DNA of 64,000 nucleotides, from contig CBDFLE010000005.1 in the NCBI GenBank assembly GCA_965248925.1, positions 352,001 to 416,000 of the forward strand, read 5' to 3'. The notes beneath the pieces were generated by a model. It made no database searches and had not been told where the DNA came from. It saw only the letters and a program-made list of their open reading frames with translations. Of this stretch, positions 37,720 to 47,261 are shown one piece after another. The stretch is from Candidatus Multivoradales bacterium. Lineage in GTDB: Bacteria > Acidobacteriota > Thermoanaerobaculia > Multivoradales > J023. Numbering within the stretch: position 1 is the first letter of the stretch; each line of letters begins with the position of its first letter. Both the position numbers and the translations under genes were made by a program.

Positions 37720-38872
37720 ACTTGGTGAGACCCCAGCGAGTGTCGGGCAAGTCAGTCCCGATTGGGTGCGGATCAGCTACGCCAGCGCCTTGGCGCTGCG
37801 CTTGAAGTCGGGAAAATTCACCCGACCCTTCGATTTCGGCGGCATCAATCTGCTGCTGAGTTACGACGAAGGTTGTCAATCAGATTGCGGTTTCTGCGGT
37901 TTGGCTCGTTCGCGGCAGGGAGAATACGTCGACAAGAGTTTCATCCGCGTCGAATGGCCGATGGTCTCCACCGACCAACTGATCGATCGCATGGTACAGC
38001 ACCAAGATCAGCTGACTCGCCTATGCATCTCGATGGTCACCCACGGCTACGCCTACCGCGACACCCTAGAAATCACCCGTCGCATCCGCAGCCGGGTCAA
38101 CACCCCTTTATCCTTGCTAGTAGCGCCGCCGACCCTCAACGAAGAACGCCTGCGAACCCTCAAAGAAGCCGGCGCCGAGATGATCGGCATCGGTCTCGAC
38201 GCGGTCACCGAAGGTCTCTTCCGTTCCATCCGCTCAGACGTACCCAAAGGCGGTTTACGCTGGGACAACTACTGGAATATTGTCAATCTGGCGCGCGACA
38301 TCTACGGCCCCTGGAAAGTCAACTGCCACACCCTGGTGGGCCTGGGCGAGACCGACTACGACCTGATGGAGATTTTCGAACGGCTGCTCAACCGCCAGAT
38401 CTACTCCTACCTCTTCTGCTTCAATCCCGAGCCCGACTCGCGCATGGCCGATCATCCCAAGAGTTCCGTCAGCCGCTGGCGCCGCATTCAGCTAGCCAAA
38501 TTCCTCCTCGAAGAATGCGGCCTAGAAGCCTCGGCCTTCGATTACGACGACGATGGCGCCCTAACCCGCATTAACGCCCCAAGCGACCTGGTAGAGCAGG
38601 TTGTCCACGACGGCTACGCCTTCCTGACCAACGGCTGCCCCAGCTCCGGCGGCGAGCCCGGCTGCACCCGACCGATGGGCAGCTGGCGGCCGAGTGAAGC
38701 GCCACGGGATTATCCTTGGCAACCTACCGATGCCGATCGGGTGGCAGTTCGGGAGCAGCTCGATTTGGAGCAGATCCTACGGCCGGGTGGGGGGCCGACG
38801 AGGCCTCCCGAGTGTTGGGCGCCACCGGTGGCGGGACGGCCGGCAATGGGTGATGTGGACCTTGGCCAGTAG
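37706..38872 (+). CDS. lipS2: Radical SAM lipoyl synthase subunit LipS2-type
   Basis: CQSDCGFC, IRVEWP, VGLGET, TNGCP...CTRP (TxGCP..CxRP-like). Confidence 0.75.
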   Translation: MTLVELGETPASVGQVSPDWVRISYASALALRLKSGKFTRPFDFGGINLLLSYDEGCQSDCGFCGLARSRQGEYVDKSFIRVEWPMVSTDQLIDRMVQHQDQLTRLCISMVTHGYAYRDTLEITRRIRSRVNTPLSLLVAPPTLNEERLRTLKEAGAEMIGIGLDAVTEGLFRSIRSDVPKGGLRWDNYWNIVNLARDIYGPWKVNCHTLVGLGETDYDLMEIFERLLNRQIYSYLFCFNPEPDSRMADHPKSSVSRWRRIQLAKFLLEECGLEASAFDYDDDGALTRINAPSDLVEQVVHDGYAFLTNGCPSSGGEPGCTRPMGSWRPSEAPRDYPWQPTDADRVAVREQLDLEQILRPGGGPTRPPECWAPPVAGRPAMGDVDLGQ

Positions 38873-39698
38873 CTGCCTTGAAACGACCTCTAAGACCAGT
38901 TGGTATCTATGACTAGAGAATCTACCTGGTACGAAACCGAGAGCAGTGACAGTGGCTCACTAAGAACGGGAGAAGAGAAGCTCTCAGTGGGCGACCGAGT
39001 CCTGATAGATGGCGAAACGAGGCCGCGGAGGGTTACCCATGTAATGGGATCTTACCGAAGAGGGTGGTTTGCCACTTTCAGAGGAGAAGGTCCGGTCCCT
39101 CAAGGGGCGGTCAGGTGGAGTGTCGTTGAGCGATCTGGATCTGAGAGGCAACCGACAGATGCTTCGAGGCTTGAGGAACGGATCGTTGTCTCCCCGCCAA
39201 AGGAGGCCCAAGTCGCCGAATCAGATAGACTCCAGATAGCGAAAATTACAGCGCGAAAGGCCGTCATTGTAGCGGTGATTACCGCCATCTCTGGGATCCT
39301 TGTAGGTATTGTGTCAGGATATCAGTCGGGGCGATCTGCTCAAGCGGATACAAAGCAGCATTGGATTACTCTTAAGCCTGTGGTTGCAGAGCCGTTTGAA
39401 GTAGGTAGCGCTGTGAGAGTGATCGTTCTCGCGAATAGCCAGGCATATTCCTATCCCAGTCGCGCAGTGTGGGCTGATATTGGCCCAAGAATGTCGAGGG
39501 AAACATTCCCCTTGCCGGTTGACACTGCCGAATACCGATTTCGCTTCGAAGTGTTTTATCGCAGGGCCGACGGCTCGAAAGTGCTGTATACAAGCCAAGA
39601 GGTCCATGAAATCAGCACTTCGGAAATAAGTAAGACCTCGCCCCGCCCCACCTGGACAGATTGGCCTCAGTCGGGTAGCGAGTTGCGTCGTTCGGCGG

Positions 39699-41234
39699 TC
39701 AATCGCCGGGAATGGCCGGCAGGGTGACGGTGCCGGGTTTTTCGAGAGCGGCCCGAGTCGCCTTGAGCAGGTACGCGTAGGGCTCATCGCCGGCAAGCTT
39801 GGCGCTCTCGGTGAGGCTGTAGAGGATCGCCGCGACCTCGGTTCCCCGCTTGGAGCGCGACCCGTAGTGGTTCTTGCGTCCGATGACGACGCCTCGCAGC
39901 TCCCGCTCTGCAAGGTTGTTGTCGAGGGGAATTAGGGGGTTTTCAAGAAAACGCGTTAGCCCTTTCCAATGGCCGAGCAGGTAGTTGACTGCCTTGCCCA
40001 ATCCGCTGCGCGGCAGGGCTACGGGTCTGGTCTCCATAGCCCAAGCTTGCAGCTTTTTGAGAATGGGCCCGGAGTGCTCGGCGCGCAGCTTCAGGCGCAG
40101 ATCCAGAAGCTCTTGCGGCTCCGGAACTTGGATAGCCGGTACCTTCCGCTCCACTTTGAAAAGATCGCTGATCATGTCCAGCGCTTGACCACAGTGTTTC
40201 GGGTAGTTGTGCTCTGCGTCGGCGAATTTTCTTCGTGCGTGTGCCCAGCAGTGGGCCAGTGTGAATCCAGGACCGGCGCGGGATGCCGACTGATCGTCCC
40301 TCTTGGCCTCACTCTTGGCCAGAGCCTTGTAGGCCGAGTATCCGTCGCACACCACGATGCCCTGATAACCAGAGAGGATCGACCTGGCAGATTTTTCCGA
40401 GCGAGTTCCGCACAATCGATAGAACACCGCCTGCCGATTGGCCACGCTCCACACCCACCACTTGGAATTTTCTTGACGAGTCACCAGCCGCCAGTGAGTC
40501 TCGTCGGCGTGGACCACCGGAGCCATGAGCACCTTGTCATGCAGAGCCAGGTAGCTCGGCGTCAGCACCCTGGCCAAAGCTTCGATCTGGTCCCACAGAG
40601 TCTGCGAGCTGACGTTCAGCCCTTCCCGCGCCATGCTTCGGCTCTGGCGCTCAAGAGGTGCATGGTCAAGGTATTTGCTGATTGCCACCTCGACCGCGAA
40701 CTCTGGTGCATAGCGCCCTCCAGGGATCAGCTTTGGCAGCGCTGGCGCCGTGACCACTGCCGCGTTGCAGCGACAGCGATACTTCTGACGCTGGTGCTTG
40801 ACCATGATGAAGTGTCGCCGGACTACGGAGATCTCGTCGGAATCTTCCGTCTGATCACCCATCGGCTGAAGGGAGCCGTCGCAGGTCGGGCAAACCTGCT
40901 CTGCAATGGGTAGCTCGAGGAGTTTCTCGACCACTGGCAGCAAGGGCTGCGGAGTCGGCCCGTGGCCGGTCTGCGGCTTACGCTCCGACGCTGGGGTCCG
41001 CGTCCTGGGGCGTTTCTCCGAGGACGGGCCGAAGATCTTTCGCTCGCGTTGAGCGAGAATCTCCTGCAGTTGCTCAAGCTCAAGTTGCAGGGTAGCAGCG
41101 CCGGCCCCTGCAAGATGTGCGTTGCTAACTATCAGATTCTTGATGCGCTCGTGCAGGTGTCGATTCTCGCGATCGAGCAGCAGCGCAATTTGACGCAGAA
41201 CGTCGGGGCGCTGTTCGTTCTCGATCCGAAGCAT
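39699..41234 (-). CDS. tnpC: IS66 transposase TnpC
   Basis: HADET, CDGY, CWAHARRKF, DNNLAERELR. Confidence 0.95.
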   Translation of the reverse strand: MLRIENEQRPDVLRQIALLLDRENRHLHERIKNLIVSNAHLAGAGAATLQLELEQLQEILAQRERKIFGPSSEKRPRTRTPASERKPQTGHGPTPQPLLPVVEKLLELPIAEQVCPTCDGSLQPMGDQTEDSDEISVVRRHFIMVKHQRQKYRCRCNAAVVTAPALPKLIPGGRYAPEFAVEVAISKYLDHAPLERQSRSMAREGLNVSSQTLWDQIEALARVLTPSYLALHDKVLMAPVVHADETHWRLVTRQENSKWWVWSVANRQAVFYRLCGTRSEKSARSILSGYQGIVVCDGYSAYKALAKSEAKRDDQSASRAGPGFTLAHCWAHARRKFADAEHNYPKHCGQALDMISDLFKVERKVPAIQVPEPQELLDLRLKLRAEHSGPILKKLQAWAMETRPVALPRSGLGKAVNYLLGHWKGLTRFLENPLIPLDNNLAERELRGVVIGRKNHYGSRSKRGTEVAAILYSLTESAKLAGDEPYAYLLKATRAALEKPGTVTLPAIPGD

Positions 41235-41255
41235 GCGTCTATTATAGATCAGAAA

Positions 41256-41630
41256 TCAGGCTGCGTCAGCAACCTTTTTCCTCACAAATAGGGGCGGCGA
41301 GAGCCTCATCTTTCCGATCAGCTTGCTGCCCTCCAAGAACAAGGCCAGCTCACTCATAGTCAGCCGCAGCCGGTCCTCTTCCCGTTCGCGCCACAGACAG
41401 GCAAACCGCCCCTGCTCGAGCCGCTTGCTGTAGACACAGAGCCCGGTACCGTCCCAGACCAGAACCTTCGCGAGGGTTTGCGCCCGATTGACGAATAGGA
41501 ACAGATCGCCTGAGAGAGGGTCTTGGTCAAGCTCGCCGGTCACCAGACCCGAGAGACCGTCGAACCCCTTGCGGAGGTCGGCAGGCGCACCGAAGGCGTA
41601 GACGCTGACCCGGCGGGTCGAGCCGATCAT
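41256..41630 (-). CDS. tnpB: IS66 accessory protein TnpB
   Basis: DLRKGFDGL, KVLVWDGTG..KRLEQGRF. Confidence 0.93.
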   Translation of the reverse strand: MIGSTRRVSVYAFGAPADLRKGFDGLSGLVTGELDQDPLSGDLFLFVNRAQTLAKVLVWDGTGLCVYSKRLEQGRFACLWREREEDRLRLTMSELALFLEGSKLIGKMRLSPPLFVRKKVADAA

Positions 41631-42001
41631 CCGAGCGCTTCCAGCAGCAATGCCACGTCGGCCAGAGCCAGGCCCTCCACGCGGTGGCCAGCGACAGTCA
41701 CCAGGACCAAGCCCTCTCGATGGCTTCGATTCATGATTGCTACTTCGTCGGCCTCTACGACTTCGACCGCCCGCAGCTGAATCGGCCTCGGCGGCGCTGC
41801 CTCGATCCAGCGGCGGAGCGTGTCGACGCCGACTCCCAAAGCAGCGGCCACCCGGCCCAACCGATCGCCGTTGGACTGCGCTTCCAAAGCAACTTCCACG
41901 GCTTCTGCCCGAAGGGAAGCCGGATACCGACATCCGCGGCCTGGGCGGCAGCCAAAGTAGACCTCGACCTGATGACGAAAGCTCGCAATTCGTTGTTCCA
42001 T
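41627..42001 (-). CDS. tnpA: IS66 HTH protein TnpA
   Basis: RYPASLR...LGVGVDTLRRW; overlaps the tnpB start. Confidence 0.85.
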   Translation of the reverse strand: MEQRIASFRHQVEVYFGCRPGRGCRYPASLRAEAVEVALEAQSNGDRLGRVAAALGVGVDTLRRWIEAAPPRPIQLRAVEVVEADEVAIMNRSHREGLVLVTVAGHRVEGLALADVALLLEALG

Positions 42002-42359
42002 AACGGTTCCTCCTTTTGAGGAATCACCATGCAACAGATCCGGCCGCTTGGCCAGACGGGGCGCGGCGATGTCTTACGGAAATAAAGGGATCTGCGGAAA
42101 GAGAGTACAGAGTTTACCCTCTAGATCAGGATTTCGTTCGGGGCTCTCAGGGTCCGGATCATGGCACGCCTCAACTTACAGTTGTCTACGAGGCCCGGTA
42201 ATGAAGCTTCAAGTTGAACAGCGTCCAGCTCAATTCGCCGACTGGCGTCGTGAATCTGCCACACGGGCCTTGCACAGCACGGCGCTAGACTCCATGGTCA
42301 GTATGCCCAGCTCAAAGTGCCCGTTCAGGGTACCATCCAACTCGTAGCTCTGCCTCCCG

Positions 42360-42600
42360 GTCGGAACCTTGCGGCCTTGGTGTCCTGTTACGAGGCGGAG
42401 GTTCTCGAGGTCACGCCGGGCGAGATTGCGGACGCCTGCGAACGACTCGGAAGCAGCTCGGAAGTCGACGGCTTTCGAGTCCAGGTCGGGCATCGGCTGC
42501 TCATCGAGATCTCGATCATAAGACTGCTGCGGTTCTTGAGATTGGGCGCTTCTTCGGCGGACCATCCCAGCACGACACACGCAGCAGTGCTGTTCCGCGT
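42360..42600 (-). pseudogene. Fragment resembling an AlbA/RecG-C-type ATP-binding regulator
   Basis: DEQPMPDLDSKAVDFRAASESF...LRLVTGHQGRKVPT segment with no convincing start or end. Confidence 0.45.
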
Positions 42601-42604
42601 GCCG

Positions 42605-42910
42605 TCAGGCTGCTCCGCGCTGAGGCATTGGGGAACACCTGACTCCAACTTTGATTCCAGCGCGAGCGAGCATGTCTACGAGGGAGTCGATGCTGAAGAG
42701 ATCGATCCGGCCGCGCACCAGGTTGCTGATCCGCGGTTGGGACACGCCGAGCAGCTGGGCTGCATTGGCCTGAGTTAGGCCCTGGTCCTGGATCATCTTG
42801 TGGATAGTGAACATCAGGGACGAGCGCACTTCGAGGTGCGCCGCCTCTTCCTCGTCGAAGCCCAAGTCCGAGAAGACGTTGCCGCTGGAAGGGGTGACCT
42901 GGTCTTTCAT
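42605..42910 (-). CDS. XRE/HTH_37 antitoxin (HigA-like)
   Basis: SSGNVFSDLGF, LTQANAAQLLGVSQPRIS, FSIDSL. Confidence 0.9.
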   Translation of the reverse strand: MKDQVTPSSGNVFSDLGFDEEEAAHLEVRSSLMFTIHKMIQDQGLTQANAAQLLGVSQPRISNLVRGRIDLFSIDSLVDMLARAGIKVGVRCSPMPQRGAA

Positions 42911-42932
42911 CGTTTTTCTTGCTCCAGCTGCG

Positions 42933-43268
42933 TTACTTGGCTCTGACTCGTCGTGCTCGGAGGAGGGTTCGATACCGGTTTCGACCAACTTCGAGATCAC
43001 GGGTCGGAGTCCGTCGGGATTTTTTCTCGAAACAGTGAAGAGCATAGACGGCTTCTTCAAACTTCGCGACCTAGAAAACACGGTGCTCTGTGGCCGTGTG
43101 AATCCGTATCTCGTATACGCCTCTACCGACTTCGGGCATGGGCTTCCAGTCCTCGGCCTCGAGACCCAGCTGAACCAGGTGCAAGTTGTGGCCCCCAATT
43201 CTGCGAGCATCCTCCGGAAAGGCTCGAAGGTCTGCGAGCGCCGAGCCGATCCAGAGTAGGGGTTTCAC
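42933..43268 (-). pseudogene. RelE/ParE (Gp49/HigB-like) toxin with internal TAG
   Basis: KPLLWIGS..DWKPM..GVYEIRI..HRVF*VAKFEEAVYALHCFEKKS; TAG at 43071-43073. Confidence 0.85.
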
Positions 43269-43316
43269 GGCTAAGGATATTATACAAGAATCAGTATAGC
43301 AGGCAAGTCTCGAACC

Positions 43317-43379
43317 CAGACAACGTGCCCCAGACAACGTGCCACCCGACTCGTACTCTCTTGATTTCAACAAGTTACG
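43317..43379 (+). repeat. Tandem ccagacaacgtgcc repeat plus degenerate repeat copy 2 (IHF-like site)
   Basis: ccagacaacgtgcc x2, then similarity to 7293-7330. Confidence 0.5.
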
Positions 43380-43486
43380 CAGTGGTTAGGACGCTGGCGA
43401 CCGCATCTCTGTACTGTTCACCTTGCCACCCAGCTCGGCAGTGCCACGCCTAGTCACCAATAGGACCGGTCATGTAGACTGGATTC

Positions 43487-43735
43487 ATGAGAAGCTTGAC
43501 TGCAACAGACTTCAAGGCTAGGTGCTTGGCGATTCTCGATGAGGTCGCTGAGACCGGCGAACCGATCACCATCTCCAAGCGTGGTAAAGCCGTGGTCCAG
43601 CTGTTCCCGGCAATAAGATCTGAGGCTGAGTATCCGCAGTTCAGCCTGCGCGGAACGGTGAAGGATATTGGCGACATCATCGAACCCACGATTCCTGCTG
43701 CTGATTGGGACGCCGAACGCGGCAAGCTCCTTTGA
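43487..43735 (+). CDS. Phd/YefM antitoxin
   Basis: TATDFKARCLAILDEV..TGEPITISKRGK. Confidence 0.92.
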   Translation: MRSLTATDFKARCLAILDEVAETGEPITISKRGKAVVQLFPAIRSEAEYPQFSLRGTVKDIGDIIEPTIPAADWDAERGKLL

Positions 43736-44127
43736 AGTTTCTGCTCGACACCCACGTCCTGGTCTGGTGGGTCGAGGGCGGTTCGCGACTGTCGGCTGAG
43801 CAGCAGGAGGTTCTTGCCACCGCCTCGCAGACCCGGCCGTTGTTGGTGTCGGAGATCAGCTTGTGGGAGATCGCCAACCTGGTCGATCTGGGGAGGCTCG
43901 AACTCAAGCTGCCACTGCTGGAGTGGCTGTCGCGAGCGAGCGCACCGCCCCTGGTGCGCCGGCTTGGGCTCTCGCCCCAAGTTGCGGCCGAGGTCGTAGC
44001 GCTGCCGGATAGCTTTCATCGCGACCCGGCTGATCGTATTCTGGTGGCTACCGCGAAGGTTCACGGCGCAACTTTGGTGACCAAAGATCGCCAGATCATC
44101 TCTGCGGGTATCGTTGCCACTCTCTGA
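43732..44127 (+). CDS. vapC: VapC PIN-domain toxin
   Basis: LLDTH, SLWE, HRDPADR, LVTKD. Confidence 0.92.
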   Translation: MKFLLDTHVLVWWVEGGSRLSAEQQEVLATASQTRPLLVSEISLWEIANLVDLGRLELKLPLLEWLSRASAPPLVRRLGLSPQVAAEVVALPDSFHRDPADRILVATAKVHGATLVTKDRQIISAGIVATL

Positions 44128-44174
44128 GGCTTCTATCACGGCCTCCAGATTCGGCCGAGGGTCATTGGCATTCT

Positions 44175-45662
44175 TCAACTCTTCAAACGCCCCAGCACCA
44201 ACTCCTCTGTGGTCGCCGCCGCTGCCAAGGCGTCGTCGTGGGTGATCAACACCAGGGCACCGGGATAGGCCACCAACATATCTTGTAAGCGCTCGATCGA
44301 TGGCAGGTCGAGGTGATTGGTGGGCTCATCGAGCAAGACCACCCATACCCGATGACCGAGTCCCCAAGCTAGCTCGAGTTTGCGGGCTTCGCCCGGCGAG
44401 GGCCGCTCGGTGAGGAGCAAACGCTGGGGATCGCAGCCGAGGGCGGCGACCAATTCCAGCACCCTGCCACGTTGATCGGAGGGCAGACGATGGAGTTCTG
44501 CTAGGCGCTGGTGGGCTGCTTGGGCCGTGAGTTCTTGGGGCAGATAGAGCATCCGTCTTAGGCCGGGGCCGCCGCTGTCGAGCAAGGCCCGCAGCAGGGT
44601 GCTCTTGCCTGAGCCGTTGGCGCCGGCCAGGCGCAACCGCGTGTGGCGCTCGATGGTCAGCTGGACGTTGCGCTGCAACACTCGGTCGCCCGCCCGCAGC
44701 TCGGCAGTGGAGACGCTCAGCAGCCGACGGACGGGGGCGGGCTCGAAATCGACAAAGAAGGCACTGCCTTTCGAGCGCTCTATCTTGAAACTTGCCAGCT
44801 TATGGCACTGGCGATCGAGTTCGCGATTGAGGATGCCGACCTGGCGCCCGAGGCGTCCTTCGGCCACTCTCACCCGGTTCTTGGCGGTCACCGAACGAGC
44901 ATCGCTATCGCGGCGCCCCTTCATCCGACCGCGGGCGCTGATCTTGCCTTTGGCTGATTGTTGTTGGCGTTGTTTGTCCACTAACCGCCGGCGGCTCTTG
45001 CGTTGTTCTTTGCTCACCCGATCGTAGGCATCGAAGGTTGCTTGCCTCGCGTCCTGCCAAACCTGGCGCGCAGCGCTGTAGGGCAAGGCCAAGTGGCGCA
45101 GCTCGCCTCCCGCCAAGCGGAGAGTGGCTGAGCACAAATGGTCGAGAACCTGGCGATCGTGAGACACCAAGATCCCAATGCCGTGAAACCGGCTCAGAGC
45201 CTCGATCAATAACTCGCGTCCCTGGCGATCAAGGTGATTGGTAGGCTCGTCAAGTAGGAGCAGGTCAGGCTCGGTGTAAAGCGCCGCGCCGACCTGCCAG
45301 CGTTTGCGCTCACCGGGGGAGAGGGTGTCCCAACGGTCGAGGTCAGTGGGCTCGAGGCACAGCTGGCCGCGTAGTCGTTGGGCGTCGCCCCGCCAAGCCC
45401 AGGCGAATTCGTCGATACCGGGCGGCAGGTGATCCACCCGCTGTTCACAAAGGCCCACGCGAGCCGTCCGGGGCTCCACCCGCACGGCTCCACGCTGCGC
45501 TCGCAAGGCACCGCTGAACAAGCGCAGCAAGGTGCTCTTGCCACAGCCGTTGGCTCCCACCACGCAGGTCCATCCGGCGGTCAAGTGGCAGGTGGCATCC
45601 TTCAACAACGACACGCGGTCGTCGTACGCAAAACACAACTTTTCCAGATGTAAAGAAAGCAC
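44175..45662 (-). CDS. ABC-F family ATPase
   Basis: Two NBDs ([16 protein letters not shown]; LDEPTNHLD x2), inter-domain linker, no TM. Confidence 0.9.
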   Translation of the reverse strand: MLSLHLEKLCFAYDDRVSLLKDATCHLTAGWTCVVGANGCGKSTLLRLFSGALRAQRGAVRVEPRTARVGLCEQRVDHLPPGIDEFAWAWRGDAQRLRGQLCLEPTDLDRWDTLSPGERKRWQVGAALYTEPDLLLLDEPTNHLDRQGRELLIEALSRFHGIGILVSHDRQVLDHLCSATLRLAGGELRHLALPYSAARQVWQDARQATFDAYDRVSKEQRKSRRRLVDKQRQQQSAKGKISARGRMKGRRDSDARSVTAKNRVRVAEGRLGRQVGILNRELDRQCHKLASFKIERSKGSAFFVDFEPAPVRRLLSVSTAELRAGDRVLQRNVQLTIERHTRLRLAGANGSGKSTLLRALLDSGGPGLRRMLYLPQELTAQAAHQRLAELHRLPSDQRGRVLELVAALGCDPQRLLLTERPSPGEARKLELAWGLGHRVWVVLLDEPTNHLDLPSIERLQDMLVAYPGALVLITHDDALAAAATTEELVLGRLKS

Positions 45663-46173
45663 GGGTGCTCCCGAGTAGGGTGCCGAGGATCGAACTGGTT
45701 CGGATATCGAACGCTATCGGTCCCCTGGATCCACCTGGCAGTGGTCCGGCACCGGATGAGGCCGTCAGGGCTTCGTCAACTCAGGATTTCTGGCGCAACC
45801 CGTTATTCTCCGAGATTGTGCGCTCGTTGCGAGGCGGGCGCCGTGGGGGATCTTGTGCCGCGAGGCGAGCAACCGGTTGGATTCCTCGGTTGCGTTACTA
45901 CGGTCATCCACGGTAGCACGGGGTCCCTTGAGCCGCCACCCCCCCCCCACCATGGATATACCTTCCCTAACGTCAGCTCCTACGTGAAACCACTGCTGGT
46001 CGACATCGGCGGCAGATGGTCTGTTTCGCAGCTGTGTTCAACCGCCGGACAAGCACCGGATCGGTGCCATAGCTTGGTCTTGCGAGCCGCTTGATTGCAG
46101 CCAAAATCAAGGCCGGGTATACGGCGACTTCTGATGAGTTCGCTGCGACTGTCGCGACCATCAAACCTTTGAA

Positions 46174-46275
46174 TTGACTCTGGAAATAGGACTCGTTCTC
46201 GGCATTCTGGCCGCTGAAATTGTGCTCTTCGTCACCGACATGGTGCGGCTCGATGTGGTGCGCTGATGGTGCTGC
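46174..46275 (+). pseudogene. N-terminal fragment of an SLC13/TrkA-type permease
   Basis: MTLEIGLVLGILAAEIVLFVTDMVRLDVV, then frameshift and truncation. Confidence 0.5.
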
Positions 46276-46512
46276 TTAGGGTTGTCCCAGGTCGGCGAAC
46301 ACATTGCCGCTGGGTTCCTGAATGTCGTGGGGCATCTAGATCCCCTTCTTGGACGGTCGAAATATCGCGAGGGCTTGCAGGCGATTTCGGCCCAGTTCCA
46401 GGTCGGTATGGCGCGTCTGTTGGCTCTTCTTCTCGAAGGCATGCAGGACGTAGATCGCCTCATCGAACTCCGCAATGTAGAGCAGCTGGCGTTCGAGTCG
46501 GCCGCGGATAGT
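46276..46512 (-). pseudogene. Remnant of a second RelE(Gp49)/HTH_37 TA pair
   Basis: LLYIAEFDEAIYVLHAFEKKSQQT...GI* immediately followed by MPHDIQEPSGNVFADLGQP*. Confidence 0.7.
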
Positions 46513-46754
46513 CAATGAGCTTCTTCGTGGGAAGCGAGGGGTGACCCGGTAGAGGGCTTGGCTTCATGCTCAGGCTCTCGATACAACTCCAGAGTTCTGG
46601 TTGAATCTCCAGCAGAATCACGACTTGGCGCTGAATCGGCCGAGTAGAATGATGCTGCCACCGCGCGCGTCAGGGTGAGGAGGCCGGCCGCTGGCCCTTG
46701 GCTGTTTCGCCCTTGTGATGTTGGTGCTGCCGCTTCGTTTCTTAGCGATTCTGA

Positions 46755-47231
46755 CTAACCCCGCACCCCAGCCTGTTTGCAGAGGTGGCGATAGTGCCCG
46801 GCCTCAACCGGCTGTACCGACAGGCGCTGGCCCTTCTTGATCACCAACATGCCGTCGAGCTTGGGGTCGTCTTTGAGGTCTTGCAGCGGGATCAGCTCTG
46901 CGAACTTGGCCAGGAACTTGATGTCGACCACCATCCAGCGTGGGTTGTCGGGGGCAGATTTGGGGTCGTGGTATTTGCTCTTGGGGTCGAATTGGGTGGG
47001 GTCGGGGTAGGCCTCGGCGCAGACTTCGGCCAAGCCCACCAGGCCGGGGGGCTTGGCGTTGGAATGGTAATAGAGCACTCGGTCGCCAAGTTTGATGTCG
47101 TCGCGGATCAGGTTGCGGGCCTGGTAGTTGCGCACTCCGTCCCACAAGGTCGAGCCGTCGCGCTCCAGGTCGTCGATGGAATAGTCGGAGGGCTCACTCT
47201 TGAACAACCAGTAGTGGCGCTTTCGGGCCAT
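46755..47231 (-). CDS. EVE domain protein
   Basis: YWLFKSEP, WDGVRNYQARN, RLSVQPV. Confidence 0.95.
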   Translation of the reverse strand: MARKRHYWLFKSEPSDYSIDDLERDGSTLWDGVRNYQARNLIRDDIKLGDRVLYYHSNAKPPGLVGLAEVCAEAYPDPTQFDPKSKYHDPKSAPDNPRWMVVDIKFLAKFAELIPLQDLKDDPKLDGMLVIKKGQRLSVQPVEAGHYRHLCKQAGVRG

Positions 47232-47261
47232 GACGGTTCCTCCAGGAATCTAGTTTGCAGG

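Larger units (their letters stand above)
39630..42077 (-). mobile_element. IS66-family element
   Basis: GTAAGAC...GTCTTAC ends; 8-bp TSD GGAAATAA at 39622-39629 and 42078-42085; tnpABC. Confidence 0.95.
38909..42201 (+). pseudogene. Hypothetical membrane protein interrupted by IS66
   Basis: Removing the IS and one TSD joins ...EISTSEI to KGSAEREY...YEAR* in frame. Confidence 0.75.

Noticed and set aside
41256-41630. RNA-guided TnpB nuclease
   Set aside because: This is the small IS66 accessory TnpB, unrelated to IS200/605 TnpB; no RuvC motifs
6629-43073. Stop-codon recoding (Sec, Pyl or an alternative code) to explain in-frame stops
   Set aside because: The stops are of all three types (TAA 6629, TGA 9566, TAG 43071), each one base from a plausible sense codon, and all three codons terminate normal genes in the window
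45935-45951. Poly-C tract as a phase-variation switch
   Set aside because: Intergenic, with no identifiable promoter or CDS that it would affect
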